Shown here piece after piece: positions 29,073-42,779 of a stretch of 64,000 nucleotides of DNA. Origin of the DNA: Octopus sinensis (lineage: Eukaryota); assembly GCF_006345805.1 (NCBI RefSeq), contig NC_042999.1, positions 31,682,001-31,746,000 on the forward strand. Reading direction: 5' to 3'. Numbering within the stretch: position 1 is the stretch's first letter; every line of letters begins with the position of its first letter. The position numbers and the translations under genes were made by a program. The notes below the pieces were generated by a model. That model was not told the origin of the DNA and did not search any database. It saw only the letters and a program-made list of their open reading frames with translations.

Positions 29073-29362
29073 TATTCTTTTCTACTTTAGGCACAAGGCC
29101 CGAAAATGTTGAGAAGGGGGCCAGTCGATTAGATCGACTCCAGTACGTAACTGGTATTCAATTTATCGACACTGAAATGATGAAAAGCAAAGTCGACTCC
29201 GGCGGAATTTGAACTCAGAACGTAAACCCAGATGAAATATCGCTAAGTATTTAGAGCGTGCCAATTTAAGAGATCGATGTTTTTCTTCCATTATCAGATT
29301 GAAATCTCTGATTATAAATAATTAGTCACTTTCATACTAATGCTTCTGCCAGCTGGCCGCAT
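29073..29362 (-). mobile_element. Family A SINE interrupted by an ~87-bp templated insertion
   Basis: SINE body 29073-29250 resumes at ~29337 (CTAATGCTTCTGCCAGCTGGCCGC). Confidence 0.8.
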
Positions 29363-29370
29363 TAAAATAA

Positions 29371-29586
29371 TCTTTTCTACTGTAGGCACAAGGCCTGACA
29401 TTTTGAGGGAGGGGGTAAGTCGATTTCATCGACCGCAGTACTTCACTAGTACTTAATTTATCGGCTTTGAAATGATGAAAGATAAAGTTGATCACGGGGG
29501 ATTTTGAACTCAGTTACGTAGCAGCACTCGTAATACCACTAAGTATTTCGCCCGGTGTACTAACAATCCAGGCAGCTCGCCGCCTT
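29371..29586 (-). mobile_element. Family A SINE (degenerate)
   Basis: Tail TCTTTTCTACT...AGGCACAAGGCC, head ...GGCAGCTCGCCGCCTT. Confidence 0.8.
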
Positions 29587-29829
29587 TGAACGGTCTAATA
29601 TTGAGATACATTGATTCTTCTGAAATTAGCTTTAAGGATACGCGTCCTTCAGTAATATTCTGCAATTTAGATGCTAATGTAACGAATGGGTGAGTTAATA
29701 ATTCAGATACTCGTCATGAAGGAAACACAAACACATACATATGTCTGTGCCTTACATATGCATTTGTACATATATCGAAATAATGAAAAAATAAGACAAC
29801 TATGGTAAACTATATAAAATATACTTAGA

Positions 29830-30237
29830 CAGGTGCAGGAGTGGCTGTGTGGTAAGTAGCTTGCTTACCAACCACATGGTTCCGGGTTCAGTCCCACTGC
29901 GTGGCACCTTGGGCAAGTGTCTTCTACTATAGCCTCGGGCCGACCAAAGCCTTGTGAGTGAATTTGGTTGACGGAAACTGAACTGAAAGAAGCCCGTCGT
30001 ATATATGTGTGTTTGTGTGTGTGTGTTTGTGTGTGTGTGTTTGTCCCCCTAGCATTGCTTGACAATCGATGCTGGTGTGTTTATGTCCCCGTTACTTAGC
30101 GGTTCGGCAAAAGAGATCGATAGAATAAGTACTGGGCTTACAAAAGAATAAGTCCTGGGGTCGAGTTGCTCGATTAAAGGCGGTGCACCAGCATGGCCGC
30201 AGTCAAATGACTGAAACAAGTAAAAGAGTAAAAGAAT
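29830..30237 (+). mobile_element. tRNA/CORE-like SINE, family B, full length
   Basis: AGGTGCAGGAGTGGCTGTGTGG...GGGTTCAGTCCC...(GTAAAAGA)n tail. Confidence 0.9.
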
Positions 30238-32219
30238 AAAGCGATATTTATTTGTAAATAGAGAAAGACAAAGACAGAAGATATTCAGACTATGAACATT
30301 CATGTATAAATATATCGATATTTTTATATTAACAGCAGATTTACAGAGATTACAACGAAACAGAAAACTACACGGGGAAGGCATGTATTTCAGGTCCAGC
30401 AGTAGTTTCTGGGGACGGGTAATAATGTTGGCAGGTGCAGCTCGCAAAAAATAAAGCGTATACAACCATTAGCAAAACCGGACCCTCATCTTCACACCAA
30501 CTTAAAGGTGGAGACCGGATTAACCTAATATCTGCATTCTTTAGATTCATACTATTACAAGTCTTTCCTCCCGTTACCTATAGCGTAGCATGTATTACGA
30601 TATGTAATATATTGTATATATCATGCATAATTTTCTATTATATTCTACGATATAATAATGAAGTAGCATGATGTATGGTATGTTATAGCATGATGTATGG
30701 TATATTCTGGAAGTTAATGAAGGAGGTTTTAAATAATTGAGAAATAACAATTTTGCAATGATATTGGTGGGATTTGAACCAAGGATGTATTAGGAAAACA
30801 ATAAATATTTTACGTTTTTTAGTTGAACGTTATTTTGCATCTGAATATTCAGGACTTGACTCTTTGTTCAATCACCATTGAATGACTTTTGGCAGCAGAC
30901 ATTACATGATTCATTTAACTTTACATCAAATACAATAATACTTTGAACATTAAACTTTTTATGAAAGTGACTAATTATTTCTAATCAGAGATTTCAAGCT
31001 GATAATGGAAGTAAAAACATCGATCTCTTAAATTGGCACACTCTAAAACATTAAAATATAAAAGAAAACCTCATGAACTTCACTGAATCAAGAGACCCTA
31101 TAGAGAAGCAACTATAGATCATTATACGTTTATTTAGTTGCAAGTAAGCATTCTAGTCGCGACCAACCTTTTTTTCCCCTAAATGAGTGAATCTCTAAGT
31201 GGTGTATGTTTATCTGTATAGATCGACGAAATTGATGTGAGTCATGCACATATAGAGACTAACTGTATATGAATTAATCCTTGTGTAAAGTAACACTCTT
31301 CAAGGGAATAACAATTACTTCATTATGTTTTGGCTGGAGCTAATGTGGGTAGCTTAAATTTCTCCTTCAATTATTATCATCTTCATCACACAATAGAGCG
31401 CATTGAACAATGAACTTTCGGGGAAAAATAAAGGAAGGCACCAGCTGTGAATAAATGAAACGCCATTGACATGTCTAATCATCGAAAGCTAACATATGGA
31501 TGAAAAACAATAACATTATTACAAAGTATTCACTTCCGTCATATACGTAACGCCACCATCAACATCACCACTACCACCAACAATTTCACCGAATTACACT
31601 TAACTGTCGTGATAAAAAGAATGTCTTCATTGTTTCGGTTTAAATCTCACAACATGGCATCTTGGAGAGTGTATTTTGTCATAACCTCGGAGCTACAAAT
31701 GAATTAGATGCTAAGTATATTTCATGGAAACTTTCGAAGAGTATAATTTATTGCAAGTGCCAGATGTCCTGGTATGAAAACATTGGCTCCTATAGTTGAC
31801 GCTCTGGAAATTTATCATAACAGCTTCCCATTCTCTGCAAGATAAGTAATTAAAACAATACGCGTATAAATATTTAGTCTATAATAAACCATGAAATAAA
31901 ATTCGTTCATTGGAAAGCATGGACGGTGACAGATTCTAATTTCCAAGAAGCTCACATACAATTATGAACTATTAACGCCACTGTTGTGCAATAAAGAAGC
32001 AAAAGGAGAAGATAACGCAACGAAAGATATTCTCAAGATAGTAAAATCAATATTTTTCTATTTCAATCGATAATGTTATATCTCGGAGCAAATGACTGGA
32101 TATCAAAAGATTAAAACCTATGCTGATTAATTCGAAGAAATTATTTGATATATTTTCAGACAATAATTATTGAACTATTTAAACGGGAGTTCGTAATCGT
32201 ACTTCAGTAATGCTCTGTA

Positions 32220-32370
32220 TAGGAGTGGCTGCTTACCAACCACATAATTCCGGGTTCAGTACCACTGCGTGGCACCTTGGGCAGCTGTCTTCTACTATTG
32301 CCACGGGACGACCAATTCTGAGTGGAATTGGGAGACGAAAACTAAAAGAAGCCCGTCGTATATATATATT
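32220..32370 (+). mobile_element. Family B SINE head (degenerate)
   Basis: GGGTTCAGTACCACTGCGTGGCACCTTGGGCAG...AAGAAGCCCGTCG. Confidence 0.7.
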
Positions 32371-33339
32371 TGTGTATATATATATATATGTGCGTGTGTG
32401 TGTGTGTGTATAAATTGTGCTTGGGATGGGTATTTTCTAGGCGCAATCCCTTGGTTATTCCTGACCGAGGGAGCTCTTCACCAAGTTTACCCTTTATATG
32501 CGCTCAGGTTAATGACACTGCTCAATATGTAGGAAAGTAAGCTCCACGCTTCCCTCCTACACCCCAATCCTGTCCTCTTGGCCCTGTGCCATTGTATCAT
32601 TGCCCTCCACTAGCCCCCGACCTTTGTGTCCTACCCACACGTAACACGAAAACTTTTCATTCCCCGTATTCCAAGAAACCAATCTAAATCTCCATATCCC
32701 TTCTCTTCTTCACATATCCTCCATATACTATTGCTAGCTGTCACTCCTCAGTTTTGTCTTCACGGCCCTATTCCTCTGTATCATTGCGATCCGGTACCCC
32801 CCCCCCCGATGCTTTACATACCTCTGTTTCATTGCGATCCGGTACCCCACCCACGACGCTTTACATACCTAGGTCTTCGCCACTCACTGCCGTCTCCTTC
32901 GCAATATCCTGCTACATATATTATGGCGTTCGATCCTCAAGGGTATGCCCTGGCACTATCCACTATCTATATAGGTCTCTTACTTCACTTAACCATTCGC
33001 TTTATATTTTGTGAGCATGCCCGGCATTTTGCCATCATCTTTATTCTGCTGCCTCTCATTCTCTCTCTCTCTCTCCTTCTCCTGCACTTCTCTCAGGTTG
33101 GGTAACCATGCATTTTCTTTGCAGTAGCGTACCTGTTTCTGTCTTCATCCCCCATCTCTCTCCGTACCTCAGTCTCTCTCTCCAGCCGGGTAACCTTGTA
33201 CTTCCTCCACAGAAAGACACCAGTTTCTGTGTTTGTCTCCCTATAAATGTTCCTCATCTGCCACAGGATGACCTTCTCCAAGGCCCCTTTCCCTCTAGAA
33301 AGTTTTTTTTTTCTCTAGCAGGTACTTGTTGAATTTATC

Positions 33340-33560
33340 AGTGCAGGTACCACTCAAAAGCACAAAGTCCTCACTGCAAAGTGGTTGGTGTTCGAAAGGG
33401 CTCCAGCTGTAAAAGTCTTTCCAAAACAGTCACAGAAGTCTGGTGCAGGCTTCTTCTGGTCGGGTCTTGTGAAACCGTCTCAACCACGCTAGCATGGAAG
33501 GCAGACGTTAAACGATGTTAATTATGATGATGATTATGATGATCAAGATGATGATGATGG
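33340..33560 (+). mobile_element. 3' part of a SINE/LINE-tailed repeat with (GAT)n tail
   Basis: GTGGTTGGTGTTCGAAAGGGCTCCAGCTGTAAAA...GCATGGAAGGCAGACGTTAAACGATG followed by (GAT)n. Confidence 0.55.
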
Positions 33561-33790
33561 TAAGGTGGCGAGCTGGCAGAAACGTTAGCACGCCGGGCGA
33601 AATGCGTAGCCGTATTTTGTATGCCGTTACCGTCTGAGTTCAAATTTCGCCGAGGTTGACTTTGCCTTTCATCCCTTCGGGGTCGATAAGTTAAGTACCA
33701 GTTACGCACTGGGGTCGATGTAATCGACTTAATCCGTTTGCCTGTCCTTGTTTGTCCTCTCTGAGTTTAGTAGTAAAGAAAAAGAAATAG
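33561..33790 (+). mobile_element. Family A SINE
   Basis: Near-identical to 4170-4404. Confidence 0.88.
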
Positions 33791-34639
33791 GTACATATAT
33801 GTATGTATTGTTGTGACTTAGGAATGTCATTACACCAAAAATGATGAAACAAGCACAAGTACAATATCACTTATTTAATGTTAGTCAATTGGTTAAATAT
33901 CCAGCTTGCTAAATAATCGATCGCCCGTGTAATGTGCAGGTTATATAATCTATTGTCTGTTTTTTAGTCAGTCATTTTGTCGTTATTCGTGAACTCATCA
34001 ATGATATCCACACCACTCTCCAATGACTGCCTTGAGTCTGACCGCGAATTTGTCTTATACCCATGAGCATATATGCCTGTACGTGTGCAAGGAAATATAT
34101 GTGTGCGTACAAGAAAAGGCAAGTGTGAGAATAAACAAAGGCTTTGTGTGTATGTGTGCATGTATTCAATTGCGTGCGCATTTGTCTGGTGTGTCTGTAT
34201 TTGTATAGCCGGGTGACTTCCTCTATGTATGTCTGTGTGTATGCATTAACCATCCGTGAAGTATTTTAGCGTTCGGCTTTTTGTTCGAGATCATTTCGGT
34301 CTTAGATCTATTGGCATTAGTCTTCATTCCAGCAAGATTTATAAGTTTTGTTCCTTATGTGACGATAGGTGGAGGAACGGGTCAGTACCGTAGGTGTGTG
34401 CGTGCATGTGTGCATATACGCGTGTACATGCACGCGTGTGTGAGCGGGATGTCACATAGCCTCATTACAACTGCATTGTATACACCTTTAAACACAGTAT
34501 TAAATATGAGAAGTGGAAGGTGGTTTGCAGCATAAAGTGTATGGAATGTTATAGTAAGAATAGAAATACAACATACTTTGGGAAAACTTCTAGGAGTTTA
34601 GGGGAAAGACTAAATGGACACTGTCTGTTGTATAATTAC

Positions 34640-34858
34640 AAGGCCGAGCTGGCAGAATCGTTAGCACGCCGGGTGAAATGCTTAGCGGTATTTCGTCTGC
34701 CGTTACGTTCTGAGTTCAAATTCCGCCGGGGTCGACTTTGCCTTTCATCCTTTCGCGGTCGATAAATAAAGTACCAGTTTCGCACTGGAGTCCGCTTAAA
34801 CCGTTTGTCTGTCCTTGTTTGTCCCCTCTATATTTAGAACCTTGTGGGCAGTAAAGAA
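34640..34858 (+). mobile_element. Family A SINE
   Basis: A/B boxes and central domain as in the other copies. Confidence 0.88.
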
Positions 34859-35580
34859 ACATACAAGGCCGTCTGTACCTTCTCATTATTCCAAAGATCA
34901 TCATGTCGGAATGGTGAAAAGAATCGTCATCAACAGCTTGCCTATACGCCAGAGGAATCCGCCGCTTCGAAAGGTACGTGACTCTAATCTAATAAATGAG
35001 ACATTACGAGTATTAGATAGAAAATATACATAGCAGGTCGTAGAAGTTCGATGTGACCCATGAAATATACATGTGGAAACGTGTGAAGAAGTGAGCATTA
35101 TCATGGTGTAATAGACGATTATGTATAAGATAGGGTCAGAACGACAGCTTGATTCAAAGAAATGCATATAAATACATACTTGTAAATATGTACAACTCCA
35201 ATACACTATCATAAGCACCTATGCACGTACGCACGTCCATGCAAGTAGGTTTGGGTACGTACAGGTAAGATAGGAATAGAATGAAGCCAAGTTACAAGAA
35301 ACTCTATTTAAATATATACTTGTAGTTATTTTTTTATCTTTTACTTGTTTTAGACATTTGATTGCGGTCATGTTGGGGCATCGCGTTGAACGGTTTTAGT
35401 AGTCAGATCGCGGGAACGTAAACATACGAACACCGGTTTTCAATCGGTGGTGTCTGACAGACACCAATACAAACGTACGCGCACATTAATATATATATAA
35501 GCACAAAAAAACACAACAACGCGAGGACGTGGAGCAAATATAGTATTATTGGATGCTCAGGAAATAAGGAAAGAAGGAGG

Positions 35581-35615
35581 GTTGAACGTTTCGAGCGGAG
35601 TTCTTCGTCGGAAAC
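35581..35615 (-). ncRNA. Minimal hammerhead motif (core CCGACGA) in PLE-like insert ~35500-35672
   Basis: Minus strand GTTT-CCGACGA-A-GAAC tcc GCTC-GAAA-CG-TT-CAAC; one mismatch in each stem. Confidence 0.55.
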
Positions 35616-35769
35616 ATAAGAGAAGGAAAGATCCAGAGAAGGGAAGACAGAGGAAAAAGATCGCCAACGGTACACACACACATATATATATACACATACC
35701 TCTCTCTCTATATATATATACATATATATATATACATATATATATCGGGCACACTGAATTATTGGAAGT

Positions 35770-35812
35770 CCACCTGAAGATTGTCGATCAAGACAAGAAA
35801 CGATTGTAGTGG
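35770..35812 (+). ncRNA. Type I hammerhead ribozyme, canonical core, in insert ~35745-35907
   Basis: CCAC-CTGAAGA-TTGTC gatcaa GACAA-GAAA-CGATTG-TA-GTGG; all stems pair, GUA cleavage triplet. Confidence 0.85.
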
Positions 35813-35899
35813 CGGTTTTTTTGACTATTTATTAAAATTTTATGTATTAATTAAGTCTTTCCTTGTTTGTTTTGCAAAATAGTCGTTTTGTCTCGAATA

Positions 35900-35945
<46 letters not shown>

Positions 35946-35952
35946 ATATATA

Positions 35953-36085
<133 letters not shown>

Positions 36086-37666
36086 GCCGGGCTCCCTTCA
36101 GTTTCCATCTACCAAATCTACTCGAAGATCTATCAGTTAGTCAGTTCGAGGAGCAGCGTAGGGGAACTGAATCCCGAAACATGGGTAAGCGAGCTTCTTA
36201 CAATGCAGCCAATTACACAGCTACGCCTGTGTAGTTATGAACAATTCCATTACACCACTGCACACATCTACACACGTACACGTACATCAGGTATACACAA
36301 GTACACACACACACATATTCACAAACACACACGCTCACGTACGCAGAAACACATACAGACACATAACATCGGGCACACGCAAACGTTCACACAGTCACAC
36401 CAACATTATTCGCAGGTCCACACTCATACATACCTGAATGCACTTATGCAAGCAAACACTCGCACCATTAGACACACTCATGCAAACATATGCACTTATT
36501 AAAAGAGCCGACTCAACCGCCCGTATACTCACAGGAGAGCACACAGTCACGCGCGCACTCTCACACATTCGCAGATGCACACACACACACATACACACAT
36601 ACATCCCCCACACACGCATCCCCCCACACATGCACCCCCCACATACACACCCTTCTCACATTTCCATTCTTCCTACATAAGGAACTACACCCATAAATCT
36701 TAAGGGGATTATATGCGAATCATAGCGGATCTGGGACCAAAGTGACCTCGAACTAAAGGCTGAATACTTAATAAGGTCAAGAATGCTTAATGTACGCGCG
36801 CGCGCGCACACACACACATACACACACACAGTCTCGCTGGTTTGTGCACACAACTGTACACAGAAACACATACTGTTCATTTATTATCTCTCCCATTTTC
36901 TCTTGTTTGCAAACACATAAATACACACATACAGGCATTCATACACGTAGCCATAAGACTAATTCTCAGACTTAAGGCAGATCTTGAAGAAAGAGGGTTT
37001 GTGATTGAAGAGGACGTAATTAGCGAAGAAAGTTCTTTGGCTAACAAAGAGACGATTGATTATTTAACCAGCTCATTAAACAAACTGCAGATTAGCTGGC
37101 TTGTTAAAAGATATTGAAAGAATTAATTAACATTAAATAAGTGATATTGAATCAGTACATGTGTTAATATTATTAATCGCGTATTGACCGTCACCAAACA
37201 GAGGATTTGTTTCAAAATACGACTTCACATCATGAATCTTGCAAACCAAATACACAAAACACAAGCGAATTCGCAACACACACACACGCACACACACGCG
37301 CGCGCACACACACACATACAAACGCACACACACACACACACACAACCTGATGAACCTGGGTTAATCGGTAAGGTTTAACAGTTGAAATGGCTACAATTAA
37401 TTATATTGCGTGAGCAAATTTCTATGTGCCAATAGTTTATGGGTTTTGACTTTTTAACGGCATCGCTTAATATCTTACCGTACGTGCATTCATTTATCGA
37501 ATATTCGTATTTTATGCACATACATAAATACATAAATACATACACACATACATACATACATACATACATACATACGTACATACATACATACATACATACA
37601 TACATACATACATGCACACATACATACGTACGTACATATATATCATGAACTAACTGTTACTTTCTC

Positions 37667-37803
37667 AGATGCAGCACGGAGTTTTGTCAGTGAACAGGTC
37701 GTGGTCTCAAAGCGACGAAAATATTTTGAGAAATTAAATTTAAATGTGGAATTGAATCTAACGGTTTTTGTGTGTTTCTTAAATGGCTTATAAACACCTT
37801 CAA
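37667..37803 (+). mobile_element. Second copy of the G3:C8-hammerhead pLTR family (HHR 37683-37733)
   Basis: TTTGTCA-GTGAACA-G-GTCGT ggtctcaaa GCGAC-GAAA-ATAT-TT-TGAGAAA; matches 28840-28975. Confidence 0.78.
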
Positions 37804-39925
37804 CGATGCTATTATATTACTTTAAACTTTGTATAAAAATGTCAATTCAGCTGGAATAAAGTCTCATAGGATTGCACAAATAACTATATGACGATTGACT
37901 GGAATTATAACATAAATATAAATATACAATCGCACGAGGGGGAACTACTGAATTCTGATCATTCATTGATTCACTATGTGAATATTTTAGATATGCAATC
38001 TAAGTATTTGCCTGTATAAACATACTCGTATGCTAACAGATACGCGCACGCTCACAGACACAGACACGCGAAAACACACACACGCACACACATATGTATA
38101 CATAAATATATTCTTATGTGTGCTTGCTCGCGTGAAAGTGAGTACGTTTATGTGAGAGAGAGAGAGAGACAATGGCATAGAATCTGAATGTATATAATAT
38201 GTTGCTGTATTAGCGTGTGCACGGGAAGATTATTATGCTTTTATGCATGGAGTTGTTTGATAGTAACAAACGATTCTGAAATCAAAAGATATTTCATCTT
38301 TTACTTTTCATACTAATCATTAATAGATCATTTTCAACTTAGCTTTCGATAATAAGTCTCATCCGATAGTGATAAATCTATATAGATAATAAATTATCGC
38401 ATCATGCTGTTTAATGCCTAGGAAATAAGTATGGAGTTATTTGAGAAAATATATTGAAAATAGAACAACATTATGGAAACTAACACCAAAAATATGAGTA
38501 AATGTAAACAGAAATATTAACAATGCGTCTAATATCGACAGGAAAAATATCATCAGAAAACTGTTGATATACTACAATTGTTCTGTTATACTTGCAAAGA
38601 CTTACTGCTGAGTGGCTCGTCAAGGCAGTTATAGACATATTAACAAAATGGCTTTCTTTGTAAGTAAATAAATATTGGTGGGCGTTTTAATTTGTTGGAT
38701 TATTATTTTGTAGTAGTTGTTTAGCTTCCCGTCTACTCTGATAAAGCGGGTCTATTATGAAACGTGTTCATTTTGTCCAAAAATACATTGATTATACTAA
38801 ATAGAGGAATATTTTATGCAGATGAGTAGCTTAGTAGTTTATGCGTTCAAGTTAGAAACCTAATTTGTTCAATTCCTGCTTGAATGCGACGCTTTAGTCT
38901 CAAAAATAAAGCATGTCATTTCATGTTTCAACACCATGCAATATAAAATGAATACCTATCAGTCACTGACGCAGCTCTTAATCATTCCAGAACTCAAATC
39001 CTGGATATTTCACTGGAGCAACTGTGAAGGGAATGAGAAAGTACGCTCACAAGTACACTGACACATGAAAGAATTAGCCATAGCATAATACATTTCATTA
39101 TGAGATGCTTACACCATATAAGAGATGACGGTTTATTCTAGGAGAACTGTATATATGTCGTTTCAAAGTAGGTCTTATACAGGGATTTGTTAGTTCTTCC
39201 TAGCAGGTTCACTGGTCAAGCTTATTCACTGGATGAGATAATTACGAATTATTTTCAAGTGCGCATGTGGATATTTCATCATAATTTAGTATACCAAACA
39301 TGCATATTTATAATAGACATATACTTTTCTACTGTCCACAGCTTCTTGTTTAAGCTGAAATAAAACTGAGAACACTTAACAGATATGATTCCTATCAAAT
39401 AGCAAAAAACATGTAATGTAATTTTAAAATATAAGTATTAAATTAATATTGCAGAAGTGCTAATTATGACTCACCAAAGTATGTATAAACATGTAAAGGG
39501 CAAAGATATATTATCAAGCAACAGAGAATCAGTTAATTAGAATAAATTTCAAGGCGAGTTGAAGGTAATAGGAACTAAATACGATGGCAACTTTAAATTT
39601 TCAGATAATTAGACAAGGCAACTCTGGAGATGTTTCCATATTATGACACTCCTCGTTGAGGTCATTCGTTATCACATGTACAACGCTGTATATGAGTAAG
39701 CGTGGAAAATTATGTGAGCTTACGACAGAAGAATTTTGGCTATGAGGGGACCTGACAATTTTAGTTCCGTTACTGTAATTTCGCTCTTGACGACTAAATT
39801 ATCACTTCGGTTACATTCCAGCTCCACTGATTATCATGTTCTTTGCCTAAATCTTGATACCTATATAATTTCGTGTTTCAATATTTGCATATGCCTTCAA
39901 AACACGTGTATATATATATATATAT

Positions 39926-39959
<34 letters not shown>

Positions 39960-39971
39960 ATATATAATAAT

Positions 39972-42143
39972 ATTAGGGAATAAATCCAAATTACAGGGAA
40001 AAAATCAGATTTAGGATTAAATCCAATTTTATAGTAAAATATTATAAAATATTATTAGAGACAAAACCACTATTTTGCAAAACAAACAAGGACAGACTTA
40101 ATCAATACATAAAATTTTAATAAATAGTCAAAAAAACCGCAACTACGATTGTTTCTTGTCTTGATCGACAATCTTCAGGTGGACTTCCAATCTAAAATAT
40201 CAATATTTTAAAATATAAAAATAATAATTTTAAAATAATTAAAGTATGAACGAAAAAATATAAATATATAATCCATATAAACCTATATATAATCCATATA
40301 TAATCAATATATAAACAATATATAAACTAAAATAAACCTATCAACAATTAAATATAAAATATAAAATATAAAATATAAATATAACAAAACAAAAAAAATA
40401 ATAATAATATAATAATAACTATATATACACCCATACACATATACCTAATTAATATAACCATATCTAACTACATACACTAAATCACACCCCTATATATAAT
40501 CCCTATACATACACATAAAAACGTCTAGGCAACTATAAATAAATAAATAGCTAAATACTTCAACACAATACTTATTCATACTCCACACACACACACATAC
40601 AACCCACATTCACGCTCTAGAAAACGGACATCACTTAAAATATGAACGGAGAAATGGAATAAATGGAATTAAAAATTATATTCACTTGGTAAAACGAACA
40701 CTACTTAAAAATTATGAATGAAACAATGCAATAAAACAACAGACATCGCAAATAGACACAAATTACTACGAATTCCTCAACAAACCTACCATGATAAACC
40801 AAAACTCATAAAAACATATAATGATAAAATCTCCCTTTACTAAACTCTATAACATACCTATATAGCAATCCCCCTAACCTAAACATTCACACACAAATAC
40901 ACACACGTAAACCACACACCCACGACATATACAAATACCCACACCACTTACACATGGGGCTTATATGTACTTGTGGGTGTGTGTGAGTGGGGTGGATGTT
41001 TGTATTTGTTATGGGTGTGTGGTTTACGTGTGTGTATTGTGTGTGAATGTATAGGTTAAAGGGATTGCTATATAAGTATGTTATAGTGTTTAGTAAAGGG
41101 AGGTTTTATCATTATGTTTTGTGAGCTTTAGCTTATGGTAGTTTTATAAAAGAATCCATTCATAATATGTGTTTATTTGTCTGTGTGGGGTTGAGTGGGT
41201 TTTTGAGTATGTGTGAGGTTTATATGTATGTATAGGTATGTGTAAGTGTGTGGGTATTTGTATATGTCGTGGGTGTTGTGGGTTTTGCGTGTGTGTATTT
41301 GTCTGTGAATGTTTAGGTTAGGGGGATTGCTATATAGGTATGTTATAGAGTTTAGTAAAGGGAGATTTTATCATTATATGTTTTTATGAGTTTTGGTTTA
41401 TCATGGTAGGTTTGTTGAGGAATTCGTAGTAATTTGTGTCTATTTGCGATGTCTGTTGTTTTATGCATTGTTTCATTCATAATTTTTAAGTAGTGTTCGT
41501 TTTACCAAGTGAATATAATTTTTAATTCCATTTATTCCATTTCTCCGTTCATAATTTAAGTGATGTCCGTTTTCTAGAGCGTGAATGTGGGTTGTATGTG
41601 TGTGTGGGGGAGTATGAATAAGTATTGTGTGAAGTATTTAGCTATGTTATTTATTTATAGTTGCCTAGACGTTTTTATGTGTATGTATTGGGATATATAT
41701 ATAGGGGTGTGATTTAGTGTATGTAGTTAGATATGGTTATATAATTAGGTATATGTGTATGGGTGTATATATAGTTTATTATTATATTATTATATTTTTG
41801 TTTTGTTTATATTTTATATTTTATATTTTATATTTTATATTTTATATTTAATGGTGATAGGTTTATTTTAGTTTATATATTGTTTATATATTGATTATAT
41901 ATGGATTATATATAGGTTATATATGGATTATATATTTATATTTTTCGTTCATACTTTAATTATTTTTAAATTATTATTTTTATATTTTAAAATATTGATA
42001 TTTTAGATTGGATGTCCACCTGAATATTGTCGATCAATACAAGAAACAATTGTAGTGCGGTTTTTTTGACTATTTATTAAAATTTTATGTATTGATTAAG
42101 TCTTTCCTGTTTGTTTTGCAAAATAGTGGTTTTGTCTCTAATA

Positions 42144-42150
<7 letters not shown>
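39972..42150. mobile_element. ~2.2 kb fold-back PLE-like insertion with outward-facing hammerheads (40140-40182 minus; 42016-42058 plus)
   Basis: ~40045-40955 is the reverse complement of ~41238-42150; (TA)n on both sides; same HHR family as 35770. Confidence 0.88.
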
Positions 42151-42185
<35 letters not shown>

Positions 42186-42214
42186 AAAAAAGGAGATGTG
42201 GAACACGAGATGTG

Positions 42215-42245
<31 letters not shown>

Positions 42246-42739
42246 TATATATATATATATATATGCGTGTGTGTGTGTGTGTGTCTGAGTGCCTTTGTAT
42301 CTGTGTGCACGGGAGCGTGTATTTTTCTGCGTATGCATTTGTAAGTCCATAACTATATATGTAAATTCGTTCATTTGTCCGATTTCAGTTTTTTGGGGTA
42401 CGATTATTATTTCTGCCACTTCCATTAATTAATTCCCAGTATGTGTTTGAGTATACATTGTCTGGGAGACTCTTCTTATAGTAGAAGAAATAGCTAAAAA
42501 TTTTGGCTGCTATTTCTAAAAGTTTGGTATGTGGTAAAGCAAATATTTTTGCTGAACCCTAATTATAAAAAGTAATGTTTAAATTTACCGTAAATGGTCC
42601 TTTTACATACTGAACACTGCTTGGTAAAAGTATTAATTACTAATTAATTAGTTAATTATACCTTTATTATTATTGACTATATATATATATTCGTATGCTT
42701 GATAGTTTCTATATCTAAGACTGTATTTGTGCCTATATA

Positions 42740-42779
<40 letters not shown>

